Shown here one piece after another: positions 44,765 through 55,380 of a stretch of DNA of 64,000 nt (position 1 is the first letter of the stretch; each line of letters starts with the position of its first letter). The translations under genes were made by a program, and so were the position numbers. The stretch lies in the NCBI RefSeq assembly GCF_000142905.1, contig NW_013657651.1, positions 342,167-406,166 on the forward strand, written 5' to 3'. The notes below the pieces were generated by a model that had not been told where the DNA came from, made no database searches, and worked only from the letters and a program-made list of their open reading frames with translations. The DNA comes from Thecamonas trahens ATCC 50062. Lineage: Eukaryota > Protista > Apusomonadida.

Positions 44765-45927
44765 ATGACGGCAGGAGTGATGTTCCAGAAGGTGCTTGGA
44801 GCAAGTCTGGGACCTGTGCTTGTGGCGCATGACAAGTTCTATGGTTGGCTCAATGCGGCTCTGACGACGGTGCTCGACGGACAGGGCGACCGTGTTCCAT
44901 CGTGGCTGACGGCGGATGCGGTGACATGGGCTCGTTCCTTCCTCCTCATTCCGACGCTCCTGCTCTTGGCGGGAGGTCATGGCATCCTTCCGGCGATCCT
45001 GGTGCTTCTGGTCGACTTTGGTGACTTTCTCGACGGCGTGGTCTGGCGGTGGTGGGCCGGGCGGAAGGCGGCGGGTAGGCCGGCCGGCGGGGCGACGCAG
45101 CTCCCGCTGGCAGCCGACGTGCTGACGGGTGAAGATGCTCAGCCTATCAAGTTTGACGCGGTGTATGCGTCGCGGCGGGCGGCAGGCCTGGCCAGCAAGT
45201 GGGGCCAGTACTTTGACGCGGTGGCCGACAAGGCGTTCCTGGTTCCGGTGTGGATCTCGATGGCGGTGCTGCCGGTCGGTGCCAATTCGATCCTCTCGCT
45301 GGTGGCGCTCTGGGCGCTCGCCGGGATCGAGGCGTACTCGGCGCTCATCCGGACCAAGCGGTACTTTTCGGATCCGGTGGAGGTGGCCGAGGTTGCTGTG
45401 GCCGACGCGGCCAACGACTCGGGGGTCAAGTCGGACGAGGTGGGCAAGGCCAAGCAGACGTTGCAGATGGTGGGGACGGCGCTTCTGCTTTGCCCACTCG
45501 GGGCGTGGTACCTCGGGCTTGTGCTCCTCTTCCTCGCTATTCCGCTCGCCGGCGAATCGGTCCGGCGCAAGCTCGTCTCGCGGCGGATCTTTGCGCCGCT
45601 TGAGATCCGTGGCGGCGGAGTCGACCTCGCCATGCTGCAGTATGTGGCCAAGGCGGCATCGCTTGGCTCGCACCTCACGGTCGGGGTTGTCTCGTACGAC
45701 GAGGTCTCGCTCAAGGACGACATGCGGCTGATGGCACAGGTCAAGGACGTCGACGCCGTCGTTGCTCTCCTCCAGGGCGACATTGCGGTCAACGAGGCGT
45801 ACCTCAACGACATGGGCTTTGACTACCTTGTCCTTCCGCGCCCGACGCCAGCGTGCCCACGCTCTCGGAGGAGGACTACGATGCAGGGCTCGTTGCCGCC
45901 GGCAAGGTCCATTTTCTCGCGCTTTGA
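44765..45927 (+). CDS. CDP-alcohol phosphatidyltransferase fused to a degenerate cytidylyltransferase-like domain; probable frameshift near 45838
   Basis: WLTADAVTWAR, DFLDGVVWR...GQYFDAVADK (CDP-AP signature with an insertion) and GKAKQTLQM. The C-terminal AKAASLGSHLTVGVVS...VKDVDAVV...YLNDMGFDY resembles a CTP-transferase Rossmann fold. Confidence 0.8.
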
Positions 45928-45995
45928 GCGTGCCCACCGTCGCAGCCTCGTGAAGAAGAAACGACGTACATACTGCAGGTAGTGTATTGGGTCGG

Positions 45996-46715
45996 TCAGG
46001 CTAGGCTGTTGTTGATGATGTTGGTGGCAAAGTCGGCACGTCCTGCGGTAAAGGTGTCGCGGCGGAGCTTCCAGCGGTCGACGACGGCGTCGGCGTTCTC
46101 GAGGCGAACGTAGATGCCTTCGGCCTCATCAGAGCCATAAGCCGACGTGGTCTTATCGAGGGCCGCGACAAGGTTGTCGAGCTTGGCGCCTGCGGCTGGA
46201 GCGTCGAGGAGGAGCGGGACGAGCGGGAAGACGCCTGCGTCGACGAGCGGGGCGAGCAGGGCCTCCACCCGCGGGCGCGAGAGGAACGTCTCGGACGGCT
46301 TGTGGAGGACGTCAAAGGCGATAAAGTAGCTCTGCAGAGCGTCGTAGGCCACGGCATGGCGGGCCCACATCCACTCACCGTAGAGGACGTAGTCTGTGGA
46401 GAGGACGGCGAAGAGCGCCTCCATGTGCTCGTAGATCCAGTCGCGGTAGACGTTGTACTGCGGGTGCTTCTCCGAGCCGATCAAGCCTGATCGCTTCTGC
46501 ATGACCGGCTCCCACTCGCGCTCAAAGTGGACGCCCACGTTGGCGCCATCAACCTTCTCCTGCACCACATACCGTAGCTCGGCAGAAGTCGACGAGCTCT
46601 TGACCGCCCGGGCGATCGACTTCCAGCTCACCGACTTGTCGTCGTCGACGACGGTCGATCCCTCGAGATGCGGCGTCTTGGGGTACTTGTAGAACTTGGC
46701 CGAGGCTGCCGACAT
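45996..46715 (-). CDS. ATP-dependent RNA ligase family protein (Rnl2-like nucleotidyltransferase)
   Basis: KYPKTPHL, motif I QEKVDGAN, LYGEW, FIAFDV, EGIYVR and motif V WKLR. Intronless. Confidence 0.88.
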   Translation of the reverse strand: MSAASAKFYKYPKTPHLEGSTVVDDDKSVSWKSIARAVKSSSTSAELRYVVQEKVDGANVGVHFEREWEPVMQKRSGLIGSEKHPQYNVYRDWIYEHMEALFAVLSTDYVLYGEWMWARHAVAYDALQSYFIAFDVLHKPSETFLSRPRVEALLAPLVDAGVFPLVPLLLDAPAAGAKLDNLVAALDKTTSAYGSDEAEGIYVRLENADAVVDRWKLRRDTFTAGRADFATNIINNSLA

Positions 46716-46888
46716 GAGCAAGGATTGTGGCGATGAGTGCGAGGACGAGAGGTGTGCGGCATGGGGCGAGTACGGCTGGAGTTTTGTGGACGGAAATGGC
46801 TGCGAGCCAAATGGAATCGTTGGCTTACTGGAATGGAAGATTGCCTCGAACGGCGGCGACTTGTCGCGAGTTGGAAGCGTGGGCGGCC

Positions 46889-47986
46889 ATGGCTGCCGAA
46901 GAAGAGCTGCAGTTCAAGGTGGTCATTGTTGGCGATGCGCATACCGGCAAGTCGACGATGGTCCGGGTGCTGGGAGGAGGAGATGCTGAGCCAGCGGTGA
47001 TGGTTGTGGGCACAACGATGGTGAGAGTCGACACAGCTGTGGACGGGCAGCAGGTGTCGATGAATGTGTTCGACTCGGACGGCGCCGAGGCGTGGCGGGC
47101 GCCGGCCCCGGCATTCTTTCGCGGCGTGCACGGCGTGGTTCTGGTGTTTGATCCGAGTCAGCCGGCGACGCTAGAGTCTGTGAGCGGGCGGTGGGCCGGG
47201 GAGCTGGAAAAGTGTGAGTGTGCGGCGTCGGCGGGCGTCTCGATCGTTCTTGCTGCACACGAGCGGCATGGGGCGGCGATGGACGACGTGATGAAGACCA
47301 AAGCCCGCAAGGTGGCGGGGCAGCTCGGCGCGGCGTTTGCCGTCTTTGATGCGGCCAAGCCCGAGTCGGTCTCGGCTTGCCTCGGCGACCTCGCGCATGA
47401 TATGTTCCGGCACCACACACAGCCACGCACGCTCTCGATCATGATGGCTGGAGCGCCGGGGGCCGGCGCACGGTCGATCTGGCGGACGCTGCTGCATGGG
47501 CCCGAGTTTGGGACCGAAATGGTGTCGTACGACGTGAGCGTCGACTTTGCACGGGTGCTTCTCGAACAGGGGCGAGCCGAGGCCAGAGTCTGGGCGCCGG
47601 CGCACCGAGTCGGGGAGATGGTGATGCAGACGGTTCACGAGCGTCGCATGGGTGATGTGGACGGTGTCTTTCTTGTGTATTATCCCGCCAAGCCGGCGAC
47701 GATTGGCGGAGCGGCCGAGGCGTGGGCAGAGATTGGGCCGTTTATGGCCGACGATGTCGTTGTCATCCTTGCCGCCCACATGCGGCACGGACATAGTCAA
47801 ACGGGCGTGGCCAAAAAGAGGGCAGCTGCGCTTGCTGACGCGATCGGCGCGCTTGTGGCCGATGTGGATGCAGGTGAACCGAGCTCGATCCATGCGTGTC
47901 TCGAGATGATTGCCGGCGGAGCAAAGTGCGATCGAGGCGGAGGCAGCGGTGGCGGTGGAGGTGTGTGGAGGTGTACAATTGAATGA
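46889..47986 (+). CDS. Tandem double Rab-like small GTPase (degenerate)
   Basis: Domain 1: FKVVIVGDAHTGKS, FDSDGAE, FFRGVHGVVLVFD. Domain 2: SIMMAGAPGAGARS, DVDGVFLVY. The C-terminus is WRCTIE. Confidence 0.8.
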   Translation: MAAEEELQFKVVIVGDAHTGKSTMVRVLGGGDAEPAVMVVGTTMVRVDTAVDGQQVSMNVFDSDGAEAWRAPAPAFFRGVHGVVLVFDPSQPATLESVSGRWAGELEKCECAASAGVSIVLAAHERHGAAMDDVMKTKARKVAGQLGAAFAVFDAAKPESVSACLGDLAHDMFRHHTQPRTLSIMMAGAPGAGARSIWRTLLHGPEFGTEMVSYDVSVDFARVLLEQGRAEARVWAPAHRVGEMVMQTVHERRMGDVDGVFLVYYPAKPATIGGAAEAWAEIGPFMADDVVVILAAHMRHGHSQTGVAKKRAAALADAIGALVADVDAGEPSSIHACLEMIAGGAKCDRGGGSGGGGGVWRCTIE

Positions 47987-48583
47987 CGTGCGATAGGCGT
48001 GCGCGCGCACGTGTGTGTGTATGTGTGTGTGGACTATTTATAGCTTGTGTGTATGTGCAAGAATCGATGCAGACCAATGGCAGGACCAGCAGCAGCAGTT
48101 GGTGGCAGACATTGGCACCTGTCGTCAAGAGTACGTGGGAGCGAATTCCGTGAGCGATCGTGGGGGTAACGGGAGGAGGGAGAAGGGGGCATTCTGTGAC
48201 TTCCAGATGGTCTCCATCGTGTTTTTGTGGCGACAGAAGACATAGACATGAAGCAACGTCGTTTTCCATGTTCTTGCGCTTGTGGTGGTGGGTGTGTGGC
48301 GTTGGCGTTGCCGTCGTGCTACAAGTGGCTGCTTGCTGGCTGGGCCGCAGAGCGTTGGCGATTTTTTGGCGAAGCTGACCAGGGAAGGGGGTGTGGGGGT
48401 GTGGGGGAAGGGGTGTGGGGGATTGGTCATGGGTGTATGTACACTCATGTAATGCGTATGTGTGTTTGTATGTGTGCGTGTGTGTGTTTATGTGTGATTA
48501 TGCGTGTGCGGTTGTGGGTGTTGTGGGTGGTGTGGGTGTTGTGGGTTGTGGGTGTTGGCGGTGTCGTCGACGGTGTTCGTACA

Positions 48584-48587
<4 letters not shown>

Positions 48588-48641
<54 letters not shown>
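48588..48641. repeat. (GT)n microsatellite (probably in a formin 5' intron)
   Basis: Directly visible long GT dinucleotide run. Confidence 0.9.
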
Positions 48642-48645
<4 letters not shown>

Positions 48646-48710
48646 TTGTGTGTGTGCGGTTGTGTGGGCGCACCATCATGGACGTGGGTACTTGTGGATG
48701 GCGTCGATTA

Positions 48711-51700
48711 GTGGCGGACTCTGAAGCAGGAGCGGCCGGGGATGACGGGAGCCAGCCGTGGGGCCGGCTCGTGACGCTCAACCGCAAGAACACGCACATT
48801 AAGCTGGCAGAGATGAAGACGCTGTTGGGACGCAAGGGATGCGACCACAACTTTTCGGACATTCCACTGCTCTCGTCTAAACACTGCCGGATCATCCGCA
48901 AGGAGAAGGACGGCGGGCGCGACGACGACGACAACTCGCCCGAGGGCCTGGTCGACTTTGAGGTGGAGGTTGTAGACCTCTCGACGAACGGCACGTTCAT
49001 CAACGGCGTCAAGATCGGCAAGCGGAACCGGGCGCGGCTCCGGCACGGCGACGAGCTGTACCTCTGCGATTCTGTGGCGTACATCTACACGCACCTCAAC
49101 CTCAACATGCCGCGCGAGCTCGGCGCCAACGAGGTGGGCGACCTCTCGACGCCGGAAGACTACATCAACGCGATGCGGATGGGGGTCTCGTCGGCGGTGC
49201 TGAAGGACCTGACAGTCTCGCTGCGGCACTCGAAGCAGAACGACACCGACTTTACGGAGGAGTTTGTGTCGATGGGCGGCGCGGACGCGCTCATCGAGTC
49301 GATGACGCATCTCAACGCGCAGCCGAAAAAGTCATCGGTCCACATCGACTCGCTGATGGAGTGTGTCAAGTCGCTGTACGCGCTGATGAACACGCCCGAG
49401 GGCTTTGAGGCCGTGCTTAACACGGCGTCGAGCATCGACCAGCTTGTGCTCCTCCTCGACGTCAACGACAACAACCTGCGCAACAAGGTGACCAAGCTCC
49501 TTTGCCCGGTGGCGACGCTCAACGACCGTGGGCATGCACTTGTCCTCGCGGCGTTTACCTTTTTCAAGACGCGGCGGCGTCAGCACTCGCGATTCTCGAA
49601 ACTTCTCGACCTGCTCTCTGTCGAGTTTACGGACAAGTTTACGGACGACGACGTGGCGCTCAAGCGCAACGTTATGATGTTCATCAACGGGGTCGTCTCG
49701 TACCCCGAGGACATCTCGTCGCGGTGCCAGCTCCGCGACGAGTTTGTGCAGGAGGGCATCATCGAGGCCATTTCCATGATGAAGAACCTCAACGACGACG
49801 CGCTGTCGACGCAGCTGGCATCGTTTATGGAGGAGCTTGCCGAGGACCGCAAGGAGAGCTCGGTGGGTGGACTCAACCTGACGGACCCGGTTGGGGTGGC
49901 CAAGGCGCTTTTTGTGCAGCTCCGCGGCTCGCCGCATCTCAAGACCTTTCTCGACGTGCTGCTGTCGCTCCTGCTGTTGCCGTCGGACGATTCGGACGCG
50001 TGGCAGGCGCTCTCGGGCGCGCTCAAGCCCGCGCTCGAGCCTTTCCTTTCGCACGATGACGACGAGAACACAAGCGCACTCTCGACCGAGATTGGCGTCG
50101 ACCTTGACTCGATCAAGTCTGCCCTCGACGGCACGTCGGTGGTGGCTGATCTTGAGGCTGTGACTGCAGCCGGCGCGGGCGGCGGCAACGATCCGAACGA
50201 GACCGACGGCGGCGAGTCGCCGGCGGCGCTGGTTGAAAAGTATCAGTCCCAGTTTGCCGAGCTGCAAAAGGTCAACGCTGAGCTACTGCTGGAGATCAAG
50301 AACTTGAAGGAGGCAGGCGCAGGAGGTGCTGGAGCATCGTCGCCGGCGTCGACAGCACCACCGCCGCCGCCGGCAGCTTAAGANNNNNNNNNNNNNNNNN
50401 NNNNNNNNNNNNNNNNNNNNNNNNNNNNNNNNNNNNNNNNNNNNNNNNNNNNNNNNNNNNNNNNNNNNNNNNNNNNNNNNNNNNNNNNNNNNNNNNNNNN
50501 NNNNNNNNNNNNNNNNNNNNNNNNNNNNNNNNNNNNNNNNNNNNNNNNNNNNNNNNNNNNNNNNNNNNNNNNNNNNNNNNNNNNNNNNNNNNNNNNNNNN
50601 NNNNNNNNNNNNNNNNNNNNNNNNNNNNNNNNNNNNNNNNNNNNNNNNNNNNNNNNNNNNNNNNNNNNNNNNNNNNNNNNNNNNNNNNNNNNNNNNNNNN
50701 NNNNNNNNNNNNNNNNNNNNNNNNNNNNNNNNNNNNNNNNNNNNNNNNNNNNNNNNNNNNNNNNNNNNNNNNNNNNNNNGCCGATGGGAGGCGGCCCGCC
50801 GCCGCCGCCGGGCATGGGCATGATGCAGACGAAGAAGAAGATCAAGCCGTCTGTGCCGATGAAAGGCTTTCACTGGCGGGCGCTCAAAGCGCGCAACATT
50901 CCCAACACGGTGTGGACCAAGATCGACGACGAAAAAGTGGAGCTTGACGCGAAGAAGCTCGAGGAGCTGTTCTGCAAGAACGAGTCGGGCAAGACCAAGT
51001 CGAAGGACAAGGCCGAGTCGTCGAAGCCGAAGAAGATCTCGCTGGTCTCGATGAAGCGGGCGAACAACGTGGGCATCATGCTCGCGCGGTTCAAGATCGA
51101 CCCGGTGGCGCTGCGCAAGGCGATTCTTACGCTCGACCCGGTCGTTCTCACGCCCGACATGGTACGTGCGCTGCAGACTGCTGCACCGCTGCCAGAAGAG
51201 ATCGAGGTTCTCAACGCGTTTGACGGCGACCGGTCGCTGCTGGGGCCGGTCGAGGTCTTTATGTTTGAGATGCTCTCGATTCCACACCTCGGGCAGCGGT
51301 TGGCGGCGATTGAGACCAAGCTTCGCTTTGAGACGGAGATTCTCGAGCTCGAAGAGTCGATCGGCGTGGTGGGTGATGCCGTGGAGGAGGTGCGGTCATC
51401 CAAGGCGTTTGTCAAGGTGCTGGAGGTTATTCTCGCCATCGGCAACTATCTGAACGGCTCGACATCGCGCGGTGGTGCGTTCGGCTTCCAGCTCGACGCG
51501 CTGCTCAAGCTGCCGGCAACTCGGGCAACTGGTAAGCAGATGACGCTCATTCACTTTTTGGTGGAGTTCCTCCAGTCGCGGCACCGCGAGGCGGCCGAGT
51601 TCTACGAGGGACTTGCGCTGTCGGAAGCCGCGGCGCGGGTCTCGATGTCGGACGTGGGCGGTAAGCTCAACAAGCTCGGCGCGCGAGTGGCGGCTGTGGC

Positions 51701-52271
51701 CAAGCTTGTGACGTCGCAGCGCGAGGCCGGCGGTGGGGTGGAGCAGGGCGATTGCTTTGTGTCTGTCTTTTCACCGTTTGCTACTCGGGCCACGTCGCGG
51801 ATCGATCAGGTCAAGGCCAACCTCAAGGCTGTCAACGACGGCTTCCTCGAGATGGCAGTGTTCTTTGCCGAGAAGCCGAAGCGGACATCTGTCGAGTCGT
51901 TCTTTGGCACGATTTGGGACTTTTGCTGTCTGTATAAGAAGGCCAAGGGCGACATCGAGCGGGAGCGGCTGGTGGCGGAGCGGGCGCGGAAGCGTGAGGC
52001 CAAGGCGGCCAAGTCGGACAAGGCCAAGAAGAAGTCCAAGGTGAAGAAGGAGAACGAGGAGGGCCTTCTTGACAACCTAGTCGAGTCGCTCTCGTCCGGC
52101 AAGTACCATACCATTCGCCGAACGCTGCGGACCGGCAAGAAGAAGGGCGGCAAGAAGGTGAAGAAGGTCAAGAAGGGCGCCAAGGGCAAGGAGTCTAAGG
52201 ACGGCAAGTCGTCCAAGAAGAAGAAGGTCAAAAAGGTGAAGAAGAACGCCAAGGCCAAGGCTGCCGAGTAG
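48711..52271 (+). CDS. FHA-GBD/FH3-FH1-FH2-DAD formin (FH1 falls in N-gap 50384-50779; first exon not resolved)
   Basis: FHA (LLGR...LSSKHC...DLSTNGTFING), an armadillo-like GBD/FH3, poly-Pro on both sides of the gap, FH2 (MKGFHW, NTVW, RANNVGIML, GNYLNG, AFGFQL) and DAD GLLDNLVESL plus a basic tail. Confidence 0.9.
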
Positions 52272-52334
52272 TGGCGAGATGTCGAGGCGTAAACCGAGAA
52301 GGCAGCACTTGTCTCTGGAGCACACACATTGGTC

Positions 52335-52862
52335 ATGGCGAGTGTCGACGAGCGAATGGCGGCGTTTGTGGCGGCACTGGGCGAGTGTGTCGCGCTGGTG
52401 CCACCAACCGAGCGCGGACGAGCGAGTGAGGCAAGGCGCGAGGCTCAACTGGGGTGTTTTGCCCGCGTCCTCGCTCCAAGCAGCGAGTCGGGGCGAGACC
52501 AGGTGAAGGACTGGCAGTTTGCAGCCGCGGACCGAGCGTGGGCGGCGACGCTCGAGGTGCTCGCGAGGTGTCGTGGAAAGAGCGACGGCGGCAGTGCGGG
52601 AATCGTGTCGGTGACAGGGCTTAGCAATGGTCTTGATCCACGGGTCGCATGCGAGCTTGACGGTGCATGCGGGAGCGCTGTCGAGGCGTGGACGACGTGT
52701 GCAGAGGCGTATGGCGCCGGATGTTGGCGCGAGGCCGACTCGCTTCGCGAGTGCTGGATCAGGCACCTGGTGATGTCTGCTGTTGCGCTCGGGGCAGAAC
52801 CGGAAGAGCTGGGCGCGGTTGAGGTGAACGGACTGCCGCTGGTGGACGAAGAGTTTGGCTGA
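52335..52862 (+). CDS. Hypothetical helical protein
   Basis: 175-aa ORF filling the gap between the formin and AP-3 mu. No family recognised. Confidence 0.5.
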   Translation: MASVDERMAAFVAALGECVALVPPTERGRASEARREAQLGCFARVLAPSSESGRDQVKDWQFAAADRAWAATLEVLARCRGKSDGGSAGIVSVTGLSNGLDPRVACELDGACGSAVEAWTTCAEAYGAGCWREADSLRECWIRHLVMSAVALGAEPEELGAVEVNGLPLVDEEFG

Positions 52863-52919
52863 GGATAGGGACATAGAGTTTGCAAAGGGTGCGTGTGTAG
52901 GAGGGAGAGGGGGGAGAGC

Positions 52920-54427
52920 TTAGCAACGGATCTCGAAGGAGCCGGCGCGGGTGACGGAGCGAACGCCCTTGAACGGGGTGTAGTCCTCGTTGCGGACGGT
53001 GAGGGTGGCGACCTTGAGGTTGGAGATGGCGTACGAGGGGAGGACAAAGCTGAGCGAGACGTTCGGGTTGGACTCGGGGATGGTGACCGAGTCGCTGACC
53101 GGAAGGACGAGCGAGCCGGTGAGCGTGGGTGTCTTGGACTGCGGGATCTTGCCGACGGTCCAGGTTGCGGTCTTGGAGATCTCGTCGTAGACGACCTTGC
53201 CGTGGTTTGCAGAGAGGTCGGCGGAGGAGATGATCTTGGGGAAGGGGATGGTGACCGAGACGTCTGCGACGCGGACGTCCTCGGAGAGCGGCTTGGAGCC
53301 TACCATGATGTTGACGTTGGCGTAGCCCTCGGAGAAGGTGATCTGCGGTTTGCAGTAGAGCGGGAGCTGCGACTGGTGGTGGACGCGGTAGGTCATGAGC
53401 TCAAACTCGCCGTCGGGCGGAATGAAGGAGATGATGCGGTCCGACTCAAAGGTGGCGTAGCGGACGCAGGGGTGGAAGGCAACATCGTCGAGGATGCGGG
53501 GATTGGCGAAGACAAGGTTAAGGTCGGGCATGCCCGAGAGCTTCGAGTTTGCCATGATGCGGCCGGAAATTTCAAAGGTGGCCGGGATGCCGTTAGCCTC
53601 GATGATAGCATCGATCTCCTCGACAATGTCAAAGAACATCTCGTTGTTGGAGTACTTGACGCCGGCCTTGCGCCACGGCACGTTGGTGAGGGTGCCGTCC
53701 GGGAGGACGGTGGCAACGCCCGAGGCGCCGGTCATGCTCTTCATGACCCGGGCCATGGCGGTGGGCGGGCGGATGAGCTCCTTGAGTACATTGGGCTCTG
53801 TGGTAAGCGGGACACCCGAGTCCATCATCTCGTCGAGGAGCTGGTAGACGACGACAAAATGCTGCTTGGCGGTTCTCGCGTTGGCGCGGGAAGCGCGTTG
53901 GTCCTGTCACACACCCGATGCAGGAACTCGATGACCAGCAGCGGCGGCGTCTCGTCCTTGATAACGGCCAGGAAGAACATGTCCTCGCGCTGGACGTGGA
54001 CAAGGTAGAAGGAGGAGGTGGCCAGAATGGGCAGCACGTCGGCAGGCGAGTCGGCAGCATTCACCTCTTCCCAGAACGTCTCGCACACCGTCCGCGGGAT
54101 GGTGCCCTGGTAGTGCTTCTCAATGATGATGTCTCTGTGGTTTGGGGGGGAGAAGGGGNNNNNNNNNNNNNNNNNNNNNNNNNNNNNNNNNNNNNNNNNN
54201 NNNNNNNNNNNNNNNNNNNNNNNNNNNNNNNNNNNNNNNNNNNNNNNNNNNNNNNNNNNNNNNNNNNNNNNNNNNNNNNNNNNNGGGGTGAGTGTGTGGG
54301 GAGGGGGGAGGGGGGTCGCATGTGACTGGGAAGAAGTGGGGGGGAGGGAAAGGGGGGGGGAGGGGCGGGAGGGAGGGGGAGCGGGGGCGTACCCGACAGA
54401 GTTGAGGAAGAAAAGTGACTCTAGCAT
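52920..54427 (-). CDS. AP3M1: AP-3 complex mu subunit (frame broken at 53861-53906 by a foreign inverted segment)
   Basis: Exon 1 is 54427-54393 (MLESLFFLN). Exon 2 starts at 54134 and contains DIIIEKHY, PPLLVIEFLHRV, VVYQLLDEMMDSGVPLTTEPNVLKELIRPP, VPWRKAGVKYSNNE, FHPCVR, FIPPDGEF and PFKGVR. Confidence 0.93.
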
Positions 54428-55380
54428 GGTGTATGGTGTAATAAGGGGGAGGTTGTGTATGCGTGTGTGTGTGGGGTGGGGGGGGGGGGTGGGGGTGGGG
54501 GTGGGGGGAGGTGGGTGGTGTTGCGTGGGGAGAGGTGGGAGTGGTGGTGGTGGTTTGCGGAGCGGCAGGACTTGGCATCTTGGGCGTGATCGACGGGGCC
54601 TGCGGGAGGCGGTTACTTTGATGTGATAGCGGCAGCAAGATCGGTAGCAGTGAAAGCGCGATGGCGGCGAAAGTTGCTACGTGGGCTGATGGTGTCACCG
54701 TGACTTGCAGCAGAGTGACCATGGCTGAAGCGGAGATTCAGATGTGATGCCGACCCGCAAGCCGGATCCGCGAGAGAGCCAAGCGTGGGGAGGCGGGAGA
54801 CGCCGCGGACGAGTTGGACTCACTACAGGTGACATCGCTGGGGTGCGGACAGTTCGGCGGGAATGTGGCGATTCAGATGACGCCCCGTGGCGAGAACGAC
54901 GAAGAGAAGATTGCCGGCGAAGAGCACGGCGGGCGTGGGAGCTAGCGCGGTCGGCACGGGTCAGGGACCGGGCCACATTGCGGCGTGACGCTGTTCGGCG
55001 CGCGCGCGGAGAGAGAAGGGGACGCGCAGGAGCGTGGAGATCTTGAACAGAGCGACGCCGTGAGAAGCAGTTGTCGTCGTCTGGAAAACACGACCCGTTG
55101 CCGTCGTAGACGTCGTAACCGGAGACAACGGGACACGCTGCAGCCGCGAGCTGTCCGAGTTTGCACGCGAGCGCGTCACAAACGCTGACCGCAGCGGACC
55201 GCCACGGGTAGGCGAAGTAGGGGACAACGGAATATCAGCGACAGACACGTCCGAGTCGTGGACTGTAGACATCGACTCAGACTGCGTAGCTTTGGATTCG
55301 AGTGGCACTTCATCAAGACTGGCAACATGCCGGGCAGGACCAACGCGCTTCCCGCGCCAACGCGAGAACCGCCAAGCAGC
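53861..55380. repeat. Perfect 46-bp inverted repeat pair (53861-53906 and 55335-55380)
   Basis: gctgcttggcggttctcgcgttggcgcgggaagcgcgttggtcctg at 53861 is the exact reverse complement of 55335-55380. Confidence 0.95.

Noticed and set aside
50379-50381. Stop codon splitting the formin into two genes
   Set aside because: It lies 2 bp from an N-gap inside the poly-Pro FH1 region, and the domain order on both sides fits one formin.
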